Part shown: positions 20,153 through 29,382 of the stretch, piece after piece
How positions within the stretch are numbered: the first letter of the stretch is position 1
Layout of the letters: each line of letters opens with the position of its first letter
DNA from: Wolbachia endosymbiont of Drosophila innubila
Lineage (GTDB): Bacteria; Pseudomonadota; Alphaproteobacteria; Rickettsiales; Anaplasmataceae
Assembly (NCBI RefSeq): GCF_021378375.1
Contig: NZ_CP076228.1
Location: 1,110,001 to 1,142,000, forward strand
Length of the DNA stretch: 32,000 nt
Reading direction: 5' to 3'
Made by a program: the position numbers and the translations under genes
Notes under the pieces: generated by a model
Database searches by the model: none
Seen by the model: only the letters and a program-made list of their open reading frames with translations
Told to the model about the DNA's origin: nothing

Positions 20153-20674
20153 ATGGGAGACGATAAATATAGCCTAGGTTTAAGAGTTATCCATTGGTTG
20201 ATGGCTGTTTTTATTATCGGTATGCTTTGTTCTGGACTTTATATGAAAAGCCTGCCACTTAGCAATGAAATTAAGTTCAACATATACGCTATTCATAAGG
20301 CTTGCGGTATCACTATTCTTGGATTAATCATAGTACGCATATTTTTTCGCGTCTTTACTTATGTTCCACCACTTCCAGCAAATTTTTCTCGGTTTGTAAT
20401 CAATATAAGTAAAGCAGTACACTTTGGTTTATATTCTTTGATGGTGCTAATGCCACTATCTGGCTATGTCATGTCTTCTGCTTCTGGCAAACAGATCAAA
20501 TATTTTTTTCATATCCCTTTGTTGATTAATCAAAACAAAGATCTAGCTAACACGGCTAACGAGCTACATTCGATGCTTGCATATTTTATGGTACTCTTTA
20601 TAATCTTACATATACTTGGCGCCTTAAAACACACATTTATAGATAAACAAAACATTTTTAAACGTATGATATAG
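20153..20674 (+). CDS. cytochrome b561 family membrane protein
   Basis: 173 aa; LGLRVIHWLMAVFIIGMLCSGLYM, FNIYAIHKACGITILGLIIVRI, MVLMPLSGYVMSSASG, HSMLAYFMVLFIILHILGALKHTFIDK. Confidence 0.9.
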   Translation: MGDDKYSLGLRVIHWLMAVFIIGMLCSGLYMKSLPLSNEIKFNIYAIHKACGITILGLIIVRIFFRVFTYVPPLPANFSRFVINISKAVHFGLYSLMVLMPLSGYVMSSASGKQIKYFFHIPLLINQNKDLANTANELHSMLAYFMVLFIILHILGALKHTFIDKQNIFKRMI

Positions 20675-20679
20675 GTTAT

Positions 20680-21708
20680 ATGTTAAGTAGCCTCTGGAAA
20701 AAAGGAACAGATTTTCTTAGCAGTGAGTTTGCTATAATGGGTGGTGCTATGAGCTGGGTTTCAGAGAGAAACTTGGTCTCAGCAATCTCAAACGCTGGTG
20801 GTTTTGGTGTGATTGCATGTGGTGCAATGTTTCCAGACTTGCTAAAAAAAGAAATCATAGAGACGCAGCAATTAACTAACAAGCCATTTGGTGTAAATCT
20901 AATTACTATGCACCCAAAGTTGAGTGAGTTGATAGATGTGTGTATTGAAACGAAAGTGAGCCATATAGTGCTTGCCGGTGGACTGCCAACAAAGCCTAAT
21001 ATAGAAAAAATCAAGGGTGCAGGCATTAAAGTTATGTGCTTTGCACCAGCATTAAGCCTTGCGAAAAGGTTAGTAAAAATGGGAGTAGATGCATTAATAA
21101 TAGAAGGAATGGAAGCAGGTGGGCATATAGGTCCAGTTAGCACTTCTGTTCTTGCACAAGAGATATTGCCTCATTTTAAAAATGAACAAATACCAGTGTT
21201 TGTTGCAGGTGGAATAGGAAGAGGTGAAATGATAGTTAATTACCTGGAAATGGGAGCAAGTGGCTGTCAAATAGGTACATTATTTGTCTGCACTAATGAG
21301 TCAATTGCCCACAAAAATTTTAAGGAAGTGTTTATTAAATCGGCCGCACGTAATGCAATACCTTCTGTACAGATAAGTGCTGATTTTCCTGTAATTCCAG
21401 TAAGAGCTATAGCCAACAAAGCAAGCGATGACTTTATGAAGCGTCAAAAAGAAGTTATTGATGAATACCAAAAGGGACAGATCTCAAAAGAAGATGGGCA
21501 GCTTGAAATAGAAAAATTCTGGGCTGGAGCTTTAAGAAGAGCAGTAATTGATGGAGATGTTGAAACGGGATCTTTAATGGCTGGCCAAAGTGTTGGCATG
21601 GTTGATAAGGAAAAGCCTGTAAAAGAAGTAGTGGATATGTTAGTTCAACAAGCAAAGAATCATATTAATAGCAAATCTGTAGAAGTAGAAAGCCCAGAAA
21701 GCAAATAG
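20680..21708 (+). CDS. nitronate monooxygenase / 2-nitropropane dioxygenase-like (possibly FabK-like) flavoenzyme
   Basis: 342 aa; FAIMGGAMSWVSERNLVSAISNAGGFGVIACG, NLITMHP, GADALIIEGMEAGGHIGPVSTSVLAQEI, VAGGIGRGEMIVNYLEMGASGCQIGTLFVCTNE. Confidence 0.88.
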   Translation: MLSSLWKKGTDFLSSEFAIMGGAMSWVSERNLVSAISNAGGFGVIACGAMFPDLLKKEIIETQQLTNKPFGVNLITMHPKLSELIDVCIETKVSHIVLAGGLPTKPNIEKIKGAGIKVMCFAPALSLAKRLVKMGVDALIIEGMEAGGHIGPVSTSVLAQEILPHFKNEQIPVFVAGGIGRGEMIVNYLEMGASGCQIGTLFVCTNESIAHKNFKEVFIKSAARNAIPSVQISADFPVIPVRAIANKASDDFMKRQKEVIDEYQKGQISKEDGQLEIEKFWAGALRRAVIDGDVETGSLMAGQSVGMVDKEKPVKEVVDMLVQQAKNHINSKSVEVESPESK

Positions 21709-21830
21709 TTAAGCGACCTTCCAATAAGCAAGTTGCCGCAATTATTTATAATATGGCATAATTGCCCAGTTTTAATGTAAAATTAACGCTAAAGAGGTAT
21801 CTATACATTTTGTTATGTATGGAGGAGTCT

Positions 21831-23048
21831 ATGCTAAGTTCTAAAAAAGATATTAACCAACAATTGCACGACACTATATACAAAAAGGTAACAAAAGAAA
21901 ATCATAAATATGGAAGCCCACAAAAGGGAGATGGAACTATCAAAAAATGCATAGAGTTGTTCAAGGAAGGAGCTAGTCTTGAGGTATTAACTGAATTAGA
22001 AAAATCGCTGAGAGAACAATTAGAAAAATCACCAAAAAAACAAGAGGAATATCAAAAACATTATAAGTATTATATCGAAAACTTTCTTCCTGCATTGAAA
22101 GATGAAGTAATAAAATCAGAAGAACTAGCTGTACCTACAGTATTTAACAATGAAAGAGAACAATCACAAAGACCACAAACAATAAGAGGAAAAATAGTAA
22201 AAACAATTTTGGATATTACTAACAGGAGCAGCAGTGTAAGCTCAATACCAAATGCTGTTGAAGAAAATATTGAAGATCAAATGCAGCTAAAACATATTGA
22301 AGAGCAAAACAACACACAAGAAACACCCTTGAATGTAGCTGAGAAAAAAAGTGGTGATAATAAAATACTTAGTAATTCAGATGTTGCAGAGGAAGTGTTT
22401 GAAAAATATAGCAAGGTTGTGAAAGAAATAGAGGAGAAGAAAACTTCTAAACTCAGTAGTGGCAATGACTCAGATAGTGGAATAGACTCACCTAGAACGA
22501 GTAAAGAAAGTTTGAAATCACCAGTAAGTAGCAGAAGGAGCAGTTTAACTTTAGTAACAAGCACTTCATCTGAGGAAAGTTTAAACTCAACATTGAGCTC
22601 TGTTGAAGGAGATAATGGCTTGCAACCAGAGGGTGGAGAAAAAACTGAGTTATTAGAATCAAATTTGGAATCCCCAAAAGAAAACGAGACTCAAGTGCAG
22701 CCAGAGCAGACTGTAAAAAAAGAGCCAAAAATGCAAGAAAATGAAAACTCAGATGGTCAAGCAAATCCAGATCAAGTTAAGAAAGATATCCTACTTAAAA
22801 ACCAACCCAATAACAGAAATCTTCACGTTGCACTTGTAGCAGGTTGTGCTCTCTCCACAATAAGGTGCATTGTTGCAGGAGCAATGACATCAGGATTGAT
22901 AGGAGCAGGACTACTTGCTATGGCTGCAGTGTTTGCTATAGCAGCAGTAGCTGAATTGCATTCAAACTTCCTATCAAGTAAATTAACATCCATTAATGTG
23001 AGTCCTCTTGTTGATGATAAAGAGCTTACAGCATGTTCACGTCTGTAA
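21831..23048 (+). CDS. hypothetical acidic, low-complexity protein with C-terminal hydrophobic pair
   Basis: ATG with GGAGGAG upstream; charged/Ser-Glu-rich central region (SKLSSGNDSDSGIDSPRTSKESLKSPVSSRRSS) and ALVAGCALSTIRCIVAGAMTSGLIGAGLLAMAAVFAIAAVAEL near the C-terminus. Confidence 0.7.
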   Translation: MLSSKKDINQQLHDTIYKKVTKENHKYGSPQKGDGTIKKCIELFKEGASLEVLTELEKSLREQLEKSPKKQEEYQKHYKYYIENFLPALKDEVIKSEELAVPTVFNNEREQSQRPQTIRGKIVKTILDITNRSSSVSSIPNAVEENIEDQMQLKHIEEQNNTQETPLNVAEKKSGDNKILSNSDVAEEVFEKYSKVVKEIEEKKTSKLSSGNDSDSGIDSPRTSKESLKSPVSSRRSSLTLVTSTSSEESLNSTLSSVEGDNGLQPEGGEKTELLESNLESPKENETQVQPEQTVKKEPKMQENENSDGQANPDQVKKDILLKNQPNNRNLHVALVAGCALSTIRCIVAGAMTSGLIGAGLLAMAAVFAIAAVAELHSNFLSSKLTSINVSPLVDDKELTACSRL

Positions 23049-23149
23049 AAATTAAATATGTGTTACTTGTAGTGGATAAGTGAATTCAGTTCTTGCCTAT
23101 TGATATAAAAGTTGTTATATTTAAGAAATGTTTAAAAGGTATTTAGTTG

Positions 23150-23524
23150 ATGCGCATTCAATTGAATAAAGTTTTGGTTTTTATAGCCTTATTAAGTTTC
23201 ATTTTTGCATCATATTCTAGCGAAGCAAGTTCGGCGAGTGATGAATTAAAGGGTATACAAGAAACGGTAAAAAATTTTATTTCTTCATTTTCAGTTAAAG
23301 ATACTGTAGAAAATATGAATCCTTCAACAATCATAGGGTTGTGTATAGCTGCAGTGATACTTGCAGTAGTGTTCAGAGGTCTAATCTTTTTTATGATAAT
23401 GTTTGGTGTACTGGTCCTGATGTTCGGTAGTACAGAAAAGGCAACAGACTACTTAAAAGAAAAATTTAACTTTGCAAAAGATATAAAATTACAATCCGAT
23501 AGCGAAAAAAAAGATAAAAATTAA
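23150..23524 (+). CDS. small predicted exported/membrane protein (~124 aa) immediately upstream of the VirB4-like gene
   Basis: Signal-like N-terminus MRIQLNKVLVFIALLSFIFASYSSEAS and one or two TM segments (IIGLCIAAVILAVVFRGLIFFMIMFGVLVLMFG); 32 bp from the next CDS. Confidence 0.7.
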   Translation: MRIQLNKVLVFIALLSFIFASYSSEASSASDELKGIQETVKNFISSFSVKDTVENMNPSTIIGLCIAAVILAVVFRGLIFFMIMFGVLVLMFGSTEKATDYLKEKFNFAKDIKLQSDSEKKDKN

Positions 23525-23556
23525 GATAGTATTTTTATCTTTTTTAATTATCTTTA

Positions 23557-25923
23557 TTGAATATGCATATGCAGTTAAAAGTACCAACAGTTAACTCTAA
23601 GCTTAAAAAAAAGAACAACTTAGCATTACTAGAAAGCATTGATTTAGATTTTGTTCCTTATGCTTGTCATTACGATGAAGAAACCATACTAACAAAACAG
23701 GGAGAATTGTTAAAAATAATCAAGTTAGAAGATTATTCTTCTGTTGATAACTACAGCGACCTCAGAACTGAAATTAGAAAAAGCATATCAAAAAATATTA
23801 ATAGCCTGTGTTTTACCGCTTGGATTCATACCGTTAGAAAGCGCAATAAACTGAGCTTGAAATGGAATAAAACTGAAGACTTCTCTGACAACCTACATTC
23901 AACGTGGTTTAATAAACTAACTGATAGTAAATTACAGTATATAAATGAACTATACATTGTAATATTGTTTAGCGATTTTGGCAAGCATACTAATAATTCG
24001 TTTTTTTTCAATAGAATAAAGAATAAGCATAAGTTGTCTTTACAAGGAAGCCATCAGGAGTTGCAAAAGATAACTGACGTAATTCAAAATGATTTAGGAC
24101 CTTTTGGAGCTAAAAAACTGAGTCTAAGGTTTAGTGAAGGTAAAATATATTCTGAAATGATAGAATTTCTCCACTATATTGTTACATTAACGCACAAAGA
24201 TTATCCAATACATGAAAGGGACCTGTCGCAATATATTAGAAATTTTAAAATAGCTTTTGGTTTCAATACGTTTCAAACAATATTTGAAAATCAACAGAAA
24301 TTTGGCTCTATTTTCAGCATAAAAGAATACCGGGAAATCTCTTTAGGTAATATAGATAGATGCTTGCAGCTTGAATCTGAATTTATCATTACAGAAATAA
24401 TGATATTTACTAGTAATAACAAAGCAATAAAAGAATTTAAAAAACAAATCAACATGCTGCAAATTAGTGAGGATAATACCTTACTTAAAAGCTCAGGAAT
24501 TGAAGAAATAATAGAGCTTGAAAAGACCTCTAGTATAGACTTCTGCCAACAGAAAATTATTTTTACAATATTTGCAGATGATAGGAATAAGTTAGCTGAA
24601 AGTATTAGTGATTTATCTTCTATAATGTCATTAGTTGGCTTCATGATGTTTAGAACTGATTTACATATGGAAAGTCATTTTTGGGCACAACTTCCAGGCA
24701 ATTTTGCTTTTATTACGCAACCGAAAAATATCTTAACAAAATACGCTTGCAGCTTTGCTATGCTGCACGATTTTACGTCAGGTACATTAAAAGGAAGAAG
24801 GTGGAAAGAAGCGGTAATGATTTTTTTTTCAAAAAAAGGAAATCCTTACTTCTTTAATTTTCATGGAAAAAGAAATAATGGCCATACTACGATACTCGGA
24901 GCTCCAAATTCAGGCAGAACTTCACTCATTAATTTTCTATTATCAGAATCAAGAAAGTTTAACCCAAGAATTGTCATATTGGATAACACTGGAAAATCAA
25001 TAATTTTTACTAAAGCAGTGAGTGGTAAATATTACATAATCGATCCAAAATATAAGGACAAAAGCCTAAAATTTAATCCACTAAACATTGAAGATAGTGC
25101 TTCCAATCGCAATATGTTGGTTGAACTGATCAGAAGAATGGTAGCCGATACGAGCTTGGTGGACGTAGAAGAAAAGATAAGAAAAATTGTGGATTCTATA
25201 TTTGCTATACCCAAGGAATCACGTTCTATTTCACAAATTTCTGAGGTGCTCTTGCTCCTTGGGGGTAAGATAAGTAGATGGTGTGACGATGGTGATTTTG
25301 CTTACTTATTTCAAGATGGTGATGAATCAGATATTGACTGGGAAACAAAAATTATATCTCTCAACACCGCAAACCTTACAAAACAAAAGGAATGTATGTC
25401 CGTGATACTTTACTATTTTTTATATTCTTTTGAGGCAAAATGTGATGGCTCGCCTGCAATACTTGTTTTGGATGAAGCATGGGAGATAAGTAATATTTTT
25501 CCTACAGAGAAAGAGTTTGATAACTGGATGCAAAGAATGACGGAACTAAATGTTGTAGTAATCCTAAGTACTGAGAATTTAAATCTCGCATTTGCTAGCA
25601 AATTTACTCAATATTTAGATAAACATGTTGATACAAGAATCTTGATGCCGAACGTCAATGCAAATAGATTATACATGAAGGCATTTTCTCTATCGAAAGA
25701 GGAGCTGAATATAATTCTGCAGACGCCAACACAGGAAGGTTTATTTTTGATAAAACAGTACAAAGGATTAGTAACCTTAAATCTGGATTTGAAGGATATG
25801 CAAGAAATACATGTACTTTCAGCTAACAAAGAGACTATAAAGTATATGTATGAGGCAATAAAAGAAAAAGGAGAAGAAGTTAATGAGTGGTTACCGGTAT
25901 TTTATGAGAAGTGTAAGGCTTAA
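23557..25923 (+). CDS. virB4: VirB4-family type IV secretion ATPase (second/paralogous copy type)
   Basis: 788 aa; GNFAFITQPKNILTKYACSFAMLHDFTSGTLKG and HNNGHTTILGAPNSGRTSLINFLLSE in Walker A position, AILVLDEAWEI Walker B, WMQRMTELNVVVILSTEN. Walker A lysine replaced by arginine. Confidence 0.85.
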   Translation: MNMHMQLKVPTVNSKLKKKNNLALLESIDLDFVPYACHYDEETILTKQGELLKIIKLEDYSSVDNYSDLRTEIRKSISKNINSLCFTAWIHTVRKRNKLSLKWNKTEDFSDNLHSTWFNKLTDSKLQYINELYIVILFSDFGKHTNNSFFFNRIKNKHKLSLQGSHQELQKITDVIQNDLGPFGAKKLSLRFSEGKIYSEMIEFLHYIVTLTHKDYPIHERDLSQYIRNFKIAFGFNTFQTIFENQQKFGSIFSIKEYREISLGNIDRCLQLESEFIITEIMIFTSNNKAIKEFKKQINMLQISEDNTLLKSSGIEEIIELEKTSSIDFCQQKIIFTIFADDRNKLAESISDLSSIMSLVGFMMFRTDLHMESHFWAQLPGNFAFITQPKNILTKYACSFAMLHDFTSGTLKGRRWKEAVMIFFSKKGNPYFFNFHGKRNNGHTTILGAPNSGRTSLINFLLSESRKFNPRIVILDNTGKSIIFTKAVSGKYYIIDPKYKDKSLKFNPLNIEDSASNRNMLVELIRRMVADTSLVDVEEKIRKIVDSIFAIPKESRSISQISEVLLLLGGKISRWCDDGDFAYLFQDGDESDIDWETKIISLNTANLTKQKECMSVILYYFLYSFEAKCDGSPAILVLDEAWEISNIFPTEKEFDNWMQRMTELNVVVILSTENLNLAFASKFTQYLDKHVDTRILMPNVNANRLYMKAFSLSKEELNIILQTPTQEGLFLIKQYKGLVTLNLDLKDMQEIHVLSANKETIKYMYEAIKEKGEEVNEWLPVFYEKCKA

Positions 25924-28765
25924 TTTCTTATTGATATTTTTTTTGATACTTGGTCTTTCGTATCAAGGATATGCTGATTGTCCAACATTTGTAGAAAGTA
26001 ATACTTGGTGGGAAGCAATAGTTGGTGGAGATTGGGTAAAGGAAATTAAGGTGCAAGCAATAAAAGATCAAGGAGTTGATGGTTACTTTAATCCCAAAAT
26101 TAGAGTATGTGCTTATGATGGACAAAGTTATTGTTATGACTTACAAAGTGGGGAATCCTGCCGCCAGATATATGGAACGCAAGGTACAGGAGCTGGAGTT
26201 TCTGCTGCAGCTTTTATCGACTGGGAAGGAGATAAAACAAAAGCTGGAGGAGAAATTGCTCGGGGTCTTAAATGGGAATGGGCAGACGGTGTTACTGATG
26301 AGGAAAAAAGAAGATTCGCTAACTCTCCTAAAATATGTGCTTGCAGTCAAAAAGGGGCTTGTATGTCAGGAATTTCTTCATGGGGTTCTAGAGTATTTTC
26401 GGGTGAGAATATTTTCCGTCTTGGGGAGATGGAAAAAGTCTGTGATACCTGCTACCAAACGGCAGTAAAATGTGCTCCTGTTCCACTTGCACCTGGCCCC
26501 CCTCCATTTTGTGAACAACTTGCAATGTCGCTTCCACAAGTTAGAATTGTTCCTATAACAGATAAAGACAATGATTACTTTAATCCTAAGGTTAAGGTAA
26601 TCATTGGTGATCTGAAAGGAAGAGACGGAGAGATTGGAGAAAAATTAGATTTCCCTAAAGGGTATGGAGAAAATAAAGCTGAGTGGCGCTCTATTTTAGA
26701 CAAAAATGGCATCACGTACTACTTCAAAACTTATAGAGAAAAAGATAAGCTCTGCGCTGAATACCTTGGAACTCAAAGTATAGATGAAAACAATCCACAG
26801 TTCATCCGCTGTTTTCCTGCACTACCTGCTCCAGAACCTGAGATAGTGGAGATAGTAAATGCAAATACATTGAAAGTAGAAATGAAGATGAGTGAGAGCG
26901 CTTGTGCTAAAGCACATGGAACCTATAGTAATGGTTCCTGTACTTTTAATGTTAATACTGACCTCAACCATCCTATAAACATTGGCCCCCTATCTTTAAA
27001 AGTAGTAAAACCAGCAATAGTAGCAAAAACAACTGATAGTAATATTGATAATATTATAGAAGGTATATTAGAAAGTAATCCGCAACAATTTAAAGTTCTG
27101 AAAGAATATGGCTATGTTCCTGATGTGCAAATTAAATGTTCTAAAGGCGGAAGTTTTTATAGTTTTAATGATTTTGAGAAAAAGTTAAAAGACAAATCTA
27201 TTCAATGTGAATTTAATAACTCTGGGCAGCCGGAAATAGAAGTAAAGTATAAAGGAAATTCTAACAGTAAAATGCTTTGTCTTTCTGGATGGCAGCCAGA
27301 ACCAGAGGAGTTTGTTCTTAAAAGAGAAAATAAAATAATACCACTAAAATTAATGGGAACAAGATATACTAAATACAATGCTGTTTACTCCAAGGAATCA
27401 AATCAGTTCTATTATCTTCCAAGCAAGGAAATAGTTTACCCTTTGAAAGAAACTCAAGAGAGGTTGGATAAAATAATATTTAATAAGCAAGAGTATGTTT
27501 TCTTCCCTGATGAAAATGAGCAGAAGAAGGAAGAATGCAGTTATTGTGTGAAGAAAGATAGCAAAATAGACGAAAAATTAAAATCTGGTGAAGGACTGAA
27601 AGTAGTATACAAATTGACGGATGTAGAGCATAAAGAAGGATGTGAGCAAGGTGATGATGGTTGCATCTGCTTTGATGGAAAGTGTAGCCGTTCAAAACAA
27701 TATTTGAATAAAAATGAAGATGATAAGCCATTCTACTTAAGGTATGAGGAAGTGGATTGTAAAGATAAGGATGGTAAAGTATTAAGAGATGAAAAAAATG
27801 AAGTACGAAAGTGTACACAATTAAAAGATCAACTGATTAAAGCAAACAGAACAGAGGTTTTTTACGCTGATAAATTGTGTAGGTTCGATTTAGAAGGTCT
27901 CAAAAAGAAATTAAAAGAAAAATTAAAAGAGATAATCAAGGAACATCTGAAAAATAAGAAACCAGATCTTGAAAAAAATAATGAAAAATCCTATGATCAT
28001 AAAAATAAAGATGTTTATACAGATGACTTATCAATAAAATTTGATCGTATTAAAATAGAAGCGTGGGGAAGTGGTGAAGCAGGTCATATACAAGGTAGTG
28101 GCTGTGACAATCAAAAATGCCATTCTACTGAAAGCAGAGTAGGGATGCCAGGAGATTATATTAAAGCTAAACTGAAAATCGATCCTAATTATCCTATAAT
28201 TAAGGTGCAAGTCACAGAGGGAGGGGGTAACCAGGAAAGTAACTTCTCAGATAAGGACGGGGGACCTATTTTCATAGAAATGTGCAATTCGCAGAAGCAA
28301 CATTGCCAGCAACTGATTACTGTTGCAGGTGGAGGTGAGTATAGAATATACGGTGGTAAGGGTTATGAGGAAACAGTAATTCATAAGCAAGATTTAAAGC
28401 TAGAGGAGAAAATTGTAAAGGCAGATAAACTGAAGTCTACACAAGACAATCAAATAGCATATATAGAAAATGGTGAAATCAAGTATGAAACAGTAGAGTG
28501 TGGAAGTGGTTTGAGAAGCAGTAGATCTGGTGCAGGTGGCTGCATTAATAAAAGCAAAGGAATTTATGGTAAAGGCTCTCCAGGGTATGTGAAGATTAGA
28601 CCTATTATAAAGGAATTTGACGAAGAAGAAATAAATGCTGCTATTAAAAAAGTAATAGAGGATCTATACGATCTTGAAACTATGACTGATTTTTGGGTAG
28701 GGGATCTTAACGTGAATATAAGTGGGATAATTAAAGAGGAAGTCAAAAAAGAATTATCAAGGTAA
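25904..28765 (+). CDS. large predicted secreted Cys-rich, Gly-rich protein (953 aa), function unknown
   Basis: ATG at 25904 begins MRSVRLNFLLIFFLILGLSYQGYADCPTFV signal peptide; many Cys (QKGACMSG, CSYCVKK, CEQGDDGCICFDGKCSRS); C-terminal GSGEAGHIQGSGCDNQ..VTVAGGGEYRIYGGKGYEE..GSGLRSSRSGAGGC. Overlaps the 3' end of the VirB4-like gene. Confidence 0.75.
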   Translation: MRSVRLNFLLIFFLILGLSYQGYADCPTFVESNTWWEAIVGGDWVKEIKVQAIKDQGVDGYFNPKIRVCAYDGQSYCYDLQSGESCRQIYGTQGTGAGVSAAAFIDWEGDKTKAGGEIARGLKWEWADGVTDEEKRRFANSPKICACSQKGACMSGISSWGSRVFSGENIFRLGEMEKVCDTCYQTAVKCAPVPLAPGPPPFCEQLAMSLPQVRIVPITDKDNDYFNPKVKVIIGDLKGRDGEIGEKLDFPKGYGENKAEWRSILDKNGITYYFKTYREKDKLCAEYLGTQSIDENNPQFIRCFPALPAPEPEIVEIVNANTLKVEMKMSESACAKAHGTYSNGSCTFNVNTDLNHPINIGPLSLKVVKPAIVAKTTDSNIDNIIEGILESNPQQFKVLKEYGYVPDVQIKCSKGGSFYSFNDFEKKLKDKSIQCEFNNSGQPEIEVKYKGNSNSKMLCLSGWQPEPEEFVLKRENKIIPLKLMGTRYTKYNAVYSKESNQFYYLPSKEIVYPLKETQERLDKIIFNKQEYVFFPDENEQKKEECSYCVKKDSKIDEKLKSGEGLKVVYKLTDVEHKEGCEQGDDGCICFDGKCSRSKQYLNKNEDDKPFYLRYEEVDCKDKDGKVLRDEKNEVRKCTQLKDQLIKANRTEVFYADKLCRFDLEGLKKKLKEKLKEIIKEHLKNKKPDLEKNNEKSYDHKNKDVYTDDLSIKFDRIKIEAWGSGEAGHIQGSGCDNQKCHSTESRVGMPGDYIKAKLKIDPNYPIIKVQVTEGGGNQESNFSDKDGGPIFIEMCNSQKQHCQQLITVAGGGEYRIYGGKGYEETVIHKQDLKLEEKIVKADKLKSTQDNQIAYIENGEIKYETVECGSGLRSSRSGAGGCINKSKGIYGKGSPGYVKIRPIIKEFDEEEINAAIKKVIEDLYDLETMTDFWVGDLNVNISGIIKEEVKKELSR

Positions 28766-29382
28766 AAAGATATAGCTCTGGAAATGATGCTCTTGTTTTA
28801 ATAATTAATTAAAGTAAAGCATGTAGTAAATGGTGTAATTGCTGTATCTTAACAAAAAGGTATAACGAATGTAGGAGGGTGCTTTATGTGTGCGCCAAGA
28901 AGTGCGTAAGGAACAGTTGGTGAAAATCCAACACGGGTAAAGCTTAGCCGGCAACCTGGAACAAACCATTATGCTGCGTAAGGTAACGAGCGTAGTAAAG
29001 CTAATGGAATGGACAACATAGGGTGCAACGAAAGTGAAGGTATTGAGTCCCGTAATTCACGCGTCATGGGGGCTGACACTTTACATTTGGTGGAAGGCAA
29101 CATGGGTAATAACGCTAAGGCAAGATATTACTCACCTCATCGGGATCGAAGGCCGCGTCATGTGTTGAGATGGACCTTACGTGAACTTGGGAGATCCTTT
29201 GTATTCCTGTAAGGGTACTCTGGAACAAGTCAATAAAGGCGAGGACTGGAGGAAGATGCAAAGGAAGTCGGACTAATTGATAGTACTCGGAGTGTGGGAA
29301 AGCCACATACAAGGGGAAGCGGTTAGCAATATAGTGACTGGTATAGGGATTGCTATACCAATACAACAGAGATTAGAGGAGT

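Noticed and set aside
26076-26468. 130-aa ORF overlapping the large secreted protein in another frame
   Set aside because: Nested inside a much longer frame that has a signal peptide and continuous coding character.
29009-29366. Small ORFs at 29009..29212 (+) and 29115..29366 (-)
   Set aside because: They lie in the structured RNA domains (I-IV) of the group II intron, before its RT ORF.
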